From positions 3,702,934-3,766,933 of the forward strand of contig NW_019091356.1 in the NCBI RefSeq assembly GCF_001949145.1: 64,000 nucleotides of DNA, written 5' to 3'. A model generated the notes under the pieces. That model ran no database searches, was not told where the DNA came from, and saw only the letters and a program-made list of their open reading frames with translations. A program made the position numbers and the translations under genes. This document shows positions 27,501 through 39,500 of this stretch, one piece after another. Source of the DNA: Acanthaster planci. Taxonomy: Eukaryota. Positions within the stretch are counted from its first letter, which is position 1; every line of letters starts with the position of its first letter.

Positions 27501-30500
27501 AAACTTTTCACCGGCCATAGAAATCACTGTTAAATTTGAACCCATGGATTCTTCAGTTCTAGCTCACGTAAGTAGCTGGAAACATTGTTCACCCAGCTCC
27601 ACCGTAGGAAATGCTCCAGAACCAGAATTTTCCATGTCTTGGGAGGTGGTCTGGTGTGAAATACATGTTCTTAACCTGTGGGTAGTGTCGTTTACATGCT
27701 TGCCCCTTTATACACCCACACTTGACTGGGCACTAAACCTGTTTATGGGCCCATGTGGGAATATTGTCAAGTGTTGAAAGTGTAGCTTGCTGACACTAAA
27801 AACCATTTGCGGACAGCCCCAGTGTGTCAGCCTTGGCAGTAAAGGGTAAATTTGCTTGGAGGACTGTGGTTTTTGTGGGGCAGGAGTTGCTCATTTTTTG
27901 TTACTGAGGTGAGAAGTGTGGTGACAAGAAGGTGCCAGTGTTTTCTCCCCTTCTTTTAGACAATGTCAACAGGAAGTCATTAGGCTATTGTTGGGAAGGA
28001 TTTTGGGGCTCTGAAAGTTGCCCATTATCCACAAAGTAAACAAATAATTCTGAGAATGGCCCTGTTTTTCTTTGGGATCGTTTTGCAAGGAGAGCTAAAG
28101 TGAGGGTGTACACGTATTTGTTGTTCTATCATGTGACTGCATTAGTTTGTCGGTAAAGAGCTCTCCTAAGGGTTTAGTCTCATGTTGGAATGAATATATC
28201 TCAGAGTTGCACCGTGGAGTTGGTGGTTGCACAGATGTAATCATCTGTGAGATCTGTACCGAAGAACTTGAAATGCGCAGTGAAGCCACAAACATGCATG
28301 TGATTTCCAGTCGTCATGTTGTGGTGTTCCCAGTGCGTGACCATAATATTCTCCTTTTCCAGTGGGTAGGGTACTCTGCAGATGTTTATGACTTATTTGT
28401 GATGCTCTTTGAAAGAATTTAACAATTTCCTGTGGTGAACATATTTCCTGTCCTCACAATCACCATTTTGTTTGAAAGAAAATGAATGATTTATGTTCGG
28501 CCAGACACTGAGGACCATAGGGCGGTTATAGGCCTATTCCCAAACAGGTGGTCAGTGATTAAAAATTAGGCACCCAATCAATCAAAAGCCTTGACTTATT
28601 GTAATTGAAGTGGGTAACAACAGGGGTGGAGTCAAATCGAGGGAGGACGAAATACATCAGAGGGAAACGAACATTACACTCGCAGGCATCTTTCATTTTT
28701 CAAGTTTTTCAATTTTTTTGTGCAGTTTTGTTCATCCTTTAGTCTTCCCAGTGAAGCCTGTGGTGCATGTTTACTGTGCTGATTAACCATTTGTAAATGT
28801 ACAGTAATATCTTCATTGGCCTAACTCTTGCTGTCTTTAAGCCACAACAATATACATGTACCCCAGTAGTTCAAACAGGTGCATATCGGCAACTACAGGT
28901 ACAAGGAACTGTAAAAGAATTGTGGGTTACTTCAAAAAAAAAGATCCACCCAATTTTTGCCTTTAAACATTGGTTGCTCGTTCTCTTCGTCTTACCCTCG
29001 TGTCTTTGTAGTAGTAGAAAGTTCTTTTCCTGCCCTGTGACAGGAAATATTTATGAATGTTTTTGTACAGCGACTGGAATAGTAATGAGGAATCGGGGAT
29101 GAGTAATAATCATAATAATTGAAGGCAGTGACAGTAATGTCATCGATTTCAATAGGGTAGACAGTGACATGAAGACGACCTTGGCACGCCATGCTTCATC
29201 AGCCGGACAGGTGGGCCTTTAAAGGGGTAGCCAGACTAGACTTGACCAAGTCATCACTTCTCTCAAATGAAAATATGTACTGGCACTTGTCAAAAAGCTG
29301 TATTAAATTACACCATTGACAAATGACATGTAGGGTCTATCGGTAGTGATCTGCGGCACATACGTGCAGGGGATTGCATCTTTTTACAGTGAGCTAACCT
29401 AAACGCTCATCCGTGGAATGTGTACTTAATTTTTGGCAGGGTGTTCATCAGCTTTGTTGAAATATTGTTTTTAGAATTCACACACAGAGACCGGGGTACG
29501 CATAAAGCCGTACAAAAGTCGTTCCAAAATTTCAAGTTTTCCACAGGTTTGGACTTACGTCAAGACAAATGCACCCTGATGGCTTCATTTTGTACGGGGA
29601 GGTTGCGCTCCAGTTCATAACCATGATTCACAGGTCAACATATTGGTACGGGGTGCCATAGGATCAACACAAAATGTTAAGTATCTGTGATTTAATAGAC
29701 GTAGGTGGTTGGTCGTCTTACTGGAGTGGTTCACCGATGAATATCCACCTGTGCTGTGCAATACCCAACTCCAACTCCCCAAATATTCCTTGACTGACTT
29801 GGTCAAGTCTATTGTGCCACCGCAAAGTGCTGACAGATGGACTAGTGTATTATTGATATCTGGCCAGTTCCACTCAATAATCTCAATACGGATGGCCCAG
29901 GTAATGGAACAGAATGGCCTAGGTAATTAATTAGTTTTGTCCAGTTTGGGGGTTGAAGATACTCAGTTAATTAAGGACAATGATTGAATTAAAGGGGCTA
30001 TCTCTTTGGCTCAATGTGTAGTTCTGGAACAGCTGTAGATAAGGCTAGTTACTTTTGAGAGTCCCTAGCCCCTAAAATATCCTTAAGATTGAGAATTAAT
30101 TGCTAATTACTTCCAGAATTTTGCTCGGTCCTAAGTGACTTCAGTTTCCCCCAAGATATTCTGATAGCCCCATTATGAGTTTGTGTTCTGATGTAGATGT
30201 ACAATCATCCAATTGTGTTGGATGGTATTCATTCAACAACGTGGGTGCTAAAATATTTCATCTGCTTTGTGGGCCAATTGAAATTCCGCAGGATTCACTC
30301 AAGCAGCAGGGGCTGTGTTACATCAGCTCTCTGGTTACAATTACAGCTCAAATGCTTACTTTATAGATGAGCGATCACTGTAATTTGCAGTCTGCCTCAG
30401 TGATGTTACTTGACCCAATTGTGCTCTTTGTATTGTGCTAATTAACTACTGTGATAGGTAGCTTCATTGAATGGATACCGGCCACAGTGCTTATGGGTCT

Positions 30501-33500
30501 CACTGCTAGACTGTAGGTGGTATATTTACACAGGCAGTATACACTGAGGGTCATCGACCCTGTTTTGTATACTTAAAAATGTACATACCGTTAAGAAATA
30601 TTTTATAGCTACCGGTACATGTACTGTATGTTATTGAAACCATCGTTGTTTGGGTGTGGTTCACTACTGTGGCCAATAGAGGATGGAGCTGGAGGATTCT
30701 AATTGGTTGAGAGGTGGTCATGTGAGACTGTTGAAATCATGCATTAAACATTGACTTCTTTGTACAAATTGAGTACGCACGTTTGTTTGTGTTCCTTTCT
30801 TTATTTTGTTGTTCGTCAGAAGAGTGTGGGACAAAAACCTTGTTGAGCCATGGAGGAAGGACCATGGAGGTAGAATAAGGACACATGGCTGAGCAGAAAC
30901 TTAACTACAGATTAACAATTTCAGAAAACCTGTGTTAAAGTGCATGCATGTTGTACAGTACGGGACCTATATATGGCAAGGTATTTTTGCTCAATCTTGT
31001 CTGTGCTTGGCAACCTGTAATACCTTGGAGCTGTGTTTTAATATCTCCATGGTAATACTCTTCAAACAGGTCCATGATACTGGCCTGATCATTGATATGA
31101 CCACAGTCACATGAGCAGTCATGTGATTACATCAGCAGGCACGTCTTCAAGGACTGCACTAAGCTTTTTGTTTCCTCTGACAGTTGTCAGGGAAAAGGAA
31201 CACTTACACAAGTCTAACCTCAGATTAAGAGTTGCTCAAGCGGAAATCCTACCCTAATTTATAATCTGGCTGGCCCACAATGAGGAACAGACCAGCTTTG
31301 TTTCTCTTTATGTGGTAATTAGACCGTGAACCAAGGAAGAGGCTAATAATAACTGTAGATAAGGACCAGTCCAGGCGCCAGTCTGGCGGAATGAGTTGTT
31401 TACAGTGCATGTTGCTTTTAATGACATAGTTGAAACAATGGATATACAGGGAAAAAAGCAACAAAGTGCAACTATTAGAACACACATGTACATGAAAATG
31501 GTGAATGTTTTATGCAGAGGTACATGTATCATACATGTATTTACATTTCCTACTATTCAGTCTCCAAAAATATGTGTAAAATGGAAATCAATCATTTATT
31601 GCTTATTGGGATTTTTCCTGGTGTTTCCTGTAATATTAATCTTTTGTGAGATGGATTTTTAATTCAGTTTCTAATTCTTACCTTTTCCCTTCTTGAGTTA
31701 TGAGAAATATCTGGAGATGTGTCGGCAGTTATGATGTCTTTCCTGGTGTATTTTCAGGTTTTTCGTTATATTGCTAGTCAATAAGACCTGTTTCACTGGC
31801 CCAGTTATACTCGGGTACATGTATATTTTGCAAATGTGTTTCCACATTTGTTGGCCTTTAAAACTCAGCTTGGTGGTCAGTTTCTGCTTCTTTAACTAAG
31901 ATCATTTTCACCGAAGTTAAACCTTTCTTTGTTTTCTCTCTTTTTGATCTCAGGCTCAGATGGACCTGCCTCCTGAAAAGGCACGGCTCCTTCGCCAGTA
32001 TGACGATGATAAGAAATGGGATCTCATCTGTGACCAGGTGAGGAGGAGAAGCATCTCCTGGGCTGTTTGTTTGTCTGTCTGTCCGTTTCTCCACGTACTA
32101 GTGTCTTCCCTCTGTCGGTTTAGTTTTGTACGACATCAGTGCCATCTCTTGGGCTGTTTGTTTGCCTGTCTGTGTCTTTGCGTCACTGTCTTTGTTCAGT
32201 GTTCCTTTATTATTGTGAATGACCAACTGAGGATGAGAAGCATCTTGTAGGCTGTTTGTCCGTTTCTTCATGTGTTTTGTCTTCTTATCAGTCAGCTCGG
32301 TTTTACAACAGATCGATTTAAAAAATGATTGCTGTTTGTTTGGCCGTCTGTGTCCCTGTGTCAGTGTCTTTGTTCAGGGATCTGTTCAGTATTGTGAATG
32401 ACCAGTTGAGGGTGCTACTGTTTGCCTGTCTGTCCATCCTGTTCTCTCTATTACTGTCTTCTCTCAGAGACTGTTCTGTCACGTCGCAGTTAGTGTCTCT
32501 TCATCAAATGTGATCAGGCAAGAAACTTAGAAAGGCAGCAATGGTTGTTTTGGTTGGCCATGGACATTTTATTTTCAAATATTTTGTTGCAGGAGAAAGT
32601 GTCTGCAAAAGATCCGCCCCACACTTACATCCTGCGAATCAAAAGGGTGATGGAACCAGGAAACACATCAAAGGTGAGACCAATTGATCCAAGTCTTTTG
32701 CTTTTTAATAGTAGAAATTCTCCAAAATAGTTCTTGATATTTCTTCTAGTTTACCTTAGGTCTTGGTTCTCAGACTTGCTGACAAAATTAACAAAATCAT
32801 GTTTCATGTATCTGCTTTCAGCGCCAAAGAAAGAAAATATTCGACACATCGACACAGAACTTGAGAGATTTGGAAATTTCACTACGAACGAACAGTATAC
32901 AGTGAGTATGGCCCTACAACCCCACCTCGTGACGACTTTGACCGCACCCATGCCCATCCGAAATAGCCCTGCCCCCGTCTCCGCAACCCTACCCCTATGT
33001 TTATTTGCCTCCCTGGTCACCTAATGGCTTTGCCACCTTTGTTTCCCCACCCTAGTCCCTGCCCATCCTCAGCTGGCTCCACCTAGCCCCATCCCCTCCA
33101 ACCTGGCCCCGCCCAACCCTACCCCGCCCAACCCTACCCCGCCCAACCCTACCCCGCCCAACTCATTTTTGTGTCTCCACTTCTGGTATGGTTAATTTCA
33201 TTGCAGCATTTAGCAACAATATTTTTATTCCAAACTACAGATGGGTACGAGAGTTTTTGAATGACGAGAATAACGGCCTGGATGTTTTGGTTGAGTATCT
33301 GCAGTGGCTCAACAAAGCAATGACGTGAGTAGTTCACAGATAGAGACGTGTCACGCATTGATGGTCGCTGTAATGGAGACCGAGTGCAGAAAAGATTTAG
33401 ACAAGAACCTACATGTACGAACGCAGTGAACTTTGAAGGCATTCCTTTGTCATTGTTCGCAGAACTTATGATTTGATCTGTGGTGAATTCGGTGACAGCT

Positions 33501-36500
33501 CAATGTTGTGTTGAGTATGACCCACCTGTGTGATCATGTGATTCGTTACAAATGATTATGAAGATGAACAAAGAAATTGACTGGAGCGGGATTTGAACCT
33601 GCGGCCTCCAGAACACCGTACTGGTGCTCTACCAACTGAGCTATCCTGCCCTACGTTGGTGGCTCTTCATTTGGACTAGTACAATGCACAAACCTTGGAG
33701 ACTTCCTAGGAAAATTGTGCACAAGGCATGTGCAGTATTGTGTATGTCATAGCCCCAGTAAAATTGTTTCAGTTATATTCTGAAGCTTTTAAGTTGGGAT
33801 CTGTCTTTAGCTCGTTCTTATGTAATTATAATTTTTATGTTTCAGTGTTTGATAAAGTCTTTGCTGTTGTCTTGACACATTTTCAAATCTTGCTTTCTGA
33901 AGTAATTTTTGTTGTACTCGTCTTTCTTTGTAATGCGCATTCAATCGTTGGTATGTAGACAGCGCAAATTTAATACAAATACAAATTTAATTAATTGTTA
34001 TGTGGTTTGGTTGGTACTCCGCAGCTCTGAGAAGAACTACACGTTGTGCCTTTCTAAAATTCTAAATTGCCCAATGGCACAGTGTGCCGCCATTTCCACC
34101 AGGCTGCAGTAACCTTCACTTCCAAATTATTATGACCTGATTTTTGCTCCGGGAAATTCCAGAAACATTCCCCTCCCCTGCTGTCTGAAACTAAATTGAC
34201 TTAAACCCGAAGACCGAAAATACAGAGTGAAAGTTCAGCCAAATCTGTCCACTCGCATTTGTTTCAACCCAGAAGATAATAAAGTAAAAGTTCTTTCACT
34301 TAGGGAAGTTCTGTAAGTGATACTTTTTGAAAACAAAAGTGAAAAGGGGAACATGACCTGATTTAATTTGAAGTTGAATGTATATTTTAATGTGAATATA
34401 AATATACCAGCAACACGACACCGCGAGTCATCGATTATCTTTTTACTGTATTTAATATAAATATATTCGCAAGCAGTCGAAGAACTGATGTAGTTTCCTG
34501 CATGATGTCACTGCTGAGCGGAACCAGCGTGTTTGTTTAGAGGGAAGCGGATGTTTACTGAGTGACATTGAGAGCGTGTATTTAAGAACATGACTTCTGT
34601 GTTTGCATAAGGAACCAGACTTAATGATTACAGGCCGTGTTTGTGACACTGAATGACATCATCTTTTGGATTGCTCCAGATTTTGACTGTGGTAGACTAC
34701 CGCCATGCTTGTCATGCAAACCTTGTTTCTCCATTGCAGAGTTTCTGAAAACTGCTGCACTTTGAAAGGGATGAAGTCATAGAAAATGTATCTCCAGTTA
34801 TAAACAATATTTATGTTTACAATACATATTATATTATATGATAAGTGTACACTATTGATATTGATACAGTACACACATTGTTTGTGTTCAAATGTTAGCA
34901 GTTTCATCAGTCTGTGGAGAATAAGTCTTTGGAGGGACTCTCGTGGGTTGTGACCCCTGACCTCGGGTTCAGTAGTGTAGATACGGTATCTCAAATGCTC
35001 AACCACCTAGGTAGCTGCAGGGTGCCTAGCAACAGTCTGTCAAGGCAACAAGCACTGTAGTTGTACAAAGTCCGTTACCAGTCTCTAGTCAAATCACAAG
35101 TCTTTTACAGGGGCATTTCTTTGTTGTTAGCTCCCTGCCCAACAGTGGCTGGACTTGCGCATTCACACATGGCAGACATTTAAATGGACTTGAAAGTCTC
35201 CAGTGCTACCCGTTCCTATGACATGTTGTTTCTTGACTTCTCAGGTTTGAGGAGCAGCAGGAGACCCTCCCCAAGACCGTCTCGTCGCGCAGCGTGCGAA
35301 GCACCCGGCGCGGTTCCAAGCCTGGTGGGTCACCCAACCACCTGGCCATCACGCGGGACGATGTCCACGTCTGCATCATGTGCTGCAGGGCAATCATGAA
35401 CTTTCAGGTAAACAAACAGACAAACAAACCAACCCTCACCTCCCTTTGCCATGCAACATCCCTCGTGTTTCCCCTGTCATGGATCCCAGAACCTTCTGTC
35501 TACTACAAACAAATGCATCTTCACCCTCTTATTTTACAGTACGGCTTCAATCTTGTGATAAACCACAACGAATGTATCAATGCAATAGCACTCAGCCTCA
35601 ATCACAAGAGCCCAAGGTAAGAAAAAAAGTTTTCTGAAATATACCCAATCAGAAAATGACAAAATTTTCTGACAAAAGGCCCTCCTAAATATGCACTCCT
35701 CTATGTGGACAAGCGTGTTATTTCTTGTGTTGAACTGAGAACATAAGATGTCCACACAACGTAGGTAGTGGAGACGTCTTGACTTGCCTGGGTCCATGCC
35801 ACGTTTTCCCCTCGCTGAAAAACAGGTTCAGAGGGCATTTGGGAATAAGTTTTACCCGTAGCAGAAGAAAGAGGACCAGTCAAGGAAACCAACAAATATC
35901 TGGTCTAAGATATTATTCACAGTACAAGAAAAGTAGTATTTTCACCAAGTTTCTTAACTGCTTGAGGAACAGGTGTGCATTGCTAACACTTGTGCACTTA
36001 CAAACACATGAGAACCGGGCCTCAATCACATTCTAGACAACAATCTTCTTTATCCAACCCCAGAACCAAAGCCTTGGTCTTGGAGCTCCTTGCGGCCGTC
36101 TGCCTGGTCAAGGGAGGACATGAGATAATCCTCCATGCCTTCGACAACTTCAAGTTGGTGAGTGATGACCGCAAGACCAGCCGACTTCAATATTATGACA
36201 GTCCAAGGAGAGAAAATTAATTTGAAGGTTTTATTGGGATTAAGGCTACGATAAGCAATGCTGGCCAGAGAGTTTATATTCATATCAGAATGGAAAATGA
36301 AATATTTGTCATAGGATTGAATCATTCAAGCTGTCAAAATAAACAGGACAGACCAGGGGTTCGTACGTTGGAACTTCCATCCATTTTTTTTTCCCCATCG
36401 AAAAATTTCTGACTTTGGCAGCGACATATTACTCACTCGATCAGATAAACAGTGTAGAGAAATGTTAAGCCTAGCTTGATCTGATGAGCCAAGAAAAATC

Positions 36501-39500
36501 CAGACCAAATTAATTGGTTGCACACCTACCCCAAAACAAAGAGGTGACTGTTGAGCATCAAGATCTCTCCATAGACATGGTAGTTTTCCTTTGTCGTTCC
36601 TTCCAGGAGTGCGGCGAGAGGTATAGGTTTGAGAATCTGTTTCAGTACTTCCAGAAATATGAAGACACAAATATAGACTTCATGGTAAGTTTGGGTGACA
36701 AAACCTCACAATTTCCCATTGTTTTTTCAAACCCACTTATACATGCAATTGCCCGCCTTTAAAATCTTATGCGTAGAAAGGACATCGAGCATTAAAAGGT
36801 TTTCTCTGAGTCGTAAACAGTAAAATGTTAGTTAAGCTCTTAGCAAAGGAATCCTTGGAACAAATTTTGAGCCACTGAAAAATCATCTCAATTGCACATT
36901 GCAAGCCTTCTGAGAGACATTTCATAATATATCACATCTATTTCAGATTGTATTTGAAAAAGATTATAAATAAAACTTGCCAATCATTTCTCAAAATGGA
37001 GATATTAAAGGCGATTATTGAAGTTTGTCGTTGCTGTCGACTTTGCACCCAAGAAAGGCAAGTTACTCTCACATTCCTGCCGAACCAAGTTGGGAACTTT
37101 TCTGTCGTCTAGTAAGATTTCAGTGTGTACTTTTCTCTTTGGATAGGTTGCATGCATGCAGTTCATTAACATAGTTGTACACTCAGTGGAGGACATGAAC
37201 TTCCGAGCGTATCTACAGTTTGAGTTCACCAAGTTAGGACTGGACAAATACTTGGAGGTGAGAAGGTTCTTGTAGTTTCTGCTTTCCAAGGGCAGAGCCG
37301 CAGCCCAATTTTTTGGAGGGGTGGGGGATTTGTTTGGGGAACCCCAAAATTTGGAAATTTTCCGTGTAAGGCTACTTTGGTGGCTTTTTGCACACTTGTG
37401 GGAAGAAATGGAACGAGAGGAAAAAATCACCTACCTCTCATTTTGTTTTTTGGGGAGGGAAGGGGGTCCATTTGGCCACCCTTAATCTGCCCTTGCTACT
37501 TTTGTGTCCAAAGTTACTGTATAACACACACCTGGTTCCCAGTTGAGGTATGAACTCTGGTTTATAAAGCCACATAATTGTTGTGCACTGGTCCTAGTAC
37601 TAGTTCTAATGATCAGTTGGATTGGATTTCCTGCCTGATGCCAAGTCAAGTCCTAGTTCTTGTTCAACCCTTAAGTTTTATCCCACATTTCATCCCAAGT
37701 CCAGTCTTAGTTCTTGTTCAACCCTTAAGTTTTATCCCACATTTCATCCCAAGTCAAGTCCTAGTTCTTGTTCAACCCTTAAGTTTTATCCCACATTTCA
37801 TCCCAAGTCAAGTCCTAGTTCTTGTTCAACCCTTAAGTTTTATCCCACATTTCATCCCAAGTCGAGTCTTAGTTCTGCTCCAGCACCTCACTTTTATCTG
37901 AAGTCTAATAACAAGTTAAGTTGTAATTCTGATGCAGTCCCTCAACCTCTGTCTCAAAACTGATACCAAGTCCCTAGTTTTTGAGTCCCTAACCTTTATC
38001 CTATATCCAATCCTAGCTTGACTCCTAGCTCTGTTTCAACTGAGCTTAACTCATATCATACTAAGTTGAGCCACATTTCTTGTTTCTAACCTCGTGCCTT
38101 CTGCAATTCACAGAAACTGAAGAACACAGAGAGCGACCGCCTCCACACGCAGATCCAGGCCTACTTGGACAACATGTTTGACGTTGGCCAGTTAATGGAA
38201 GACTCAGACACCAAGAACCTGGCACTTGAGAGAGTCGGACATTTGGAGGAGAACCTCTATCAAGTAAGGCTAATATCCAACATATAAGGTTCCCTTACTT
38301 TTAGTATTTACCTTTGAGACTAAGTTTCTTGGCTTCTAGTTAGTACTTTTTTAAAAATACCTGTTACGAAAACCTGTCATGCATTTAGGGATATCTGCTT
38401 AGAAATGATGTCTAGCGAGCCTTTTAAAAAATTTTTCCGTGGTTTTTTTTAACATTAAACATTTTTTTGTTTTCTGTCTCTGTAGACAAACGAGCAGTTG
38501 CGACAGGTGGAAGATGCATCTCTTGCTAGAATAGCAGAGCTTCAGTTGGAACTAGCCTCAGCTACCAAAGACCTGGACACCCTCAGGGTAAGGTCGTCGG
38601 ACCAGTGAGATCCACCCAGTTCCTCGTGCAGGGTTTTTTGTATCAAGTCTTGGGTGCAGTCTGAACACTGCTCAGTCTCTTGAATCTTCCACAAGCCATC
38701 TGGAGATGTTACAGGGTTTTGTAGGATCGAGGAAGGTAGAGCCCAGACTCTATTCATTCATTTACACTGGGGCTTAATACCCCTTTGAAAGTTTGGGTTA
38801 GGTTTCATGTAGGTTAATGTATGAGAAATGTGTTCATGAACAGTGGTGGATTTCTAAGGCTTCGGGAAGATTTGTAGTAAGATTTTCGGTAGTCTTCCTC
38901 CAGGAAAGATCAATGTTTTTGTTTCTGTTGAACTATCACATTAAGGTCCAGAAGAAGGAGGCCGATGTCGCGATCGAGACGTTAAAACGAAATTCAATTG
39001 CCCGAGGACCGGGGAGTGGTGGAGGGGGTGGAGCTGGAGCTGGGGGCGGTGGCCCAGGGGGCTTTGGCCCCGGTGGTGGTGGTCCTGGAGGACCTGGTGG
39101 CCCAGGCAGTGGCGGACCTGGCGGTGGCGGACCTGGCGGTGGCGGACCTGGTGGTGGAGGAGGCTCCGGACCTGGTGGAGGATTCCCCCCACCCCCAGAT
39201 GACTGTAAGTAGATGCAGACAGTAGATAATATACCAAATATTTTCTTTAAAATTGAGGAACGTGACTTTGAATAGGCAGAGGTGACTTATGGATTGGCTC
39301 AATTTTAGTGTGGTGGAGCGAAGTTCAGGTCTTGAAAATGAAGCATATAATGTGGAAATAAGACACTTCTCCCTTAAGGTAGCGTATGTCTGTACCTGCA
39401 TTTCTAAATGATAAATAGATCAAAGCTTTGAAAGTAATTTCTCAATCAGCAAGAACTTTAAAAGAGAGGGTGATAATTCACACCAATTGGAGACACATGT

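Noticed and set aside
33579..33650. Functional tRNA gene
   Set aside because: Mismatches in three stems and a non-canonical anticodon loop; better explained as a SINE head.
34025..34042. 18-nt frame-preserving FMNL microexon (cag|CTCTGAGAAGAACTACAC|gttgtg)
   Set aside because: Weak donor and poor polypyrimidine tract; could arise by chance.
37578..37963. Repetitive-peptide ORFs or a CRISPR-like array
   Set aside because: A head-to-tail 54-bp intronic minisatellite with no unique spacers; the ORFs exist only because the unit is a multiple of 3 without stops. The 32-bp repeat at 809 also lacks spacers.
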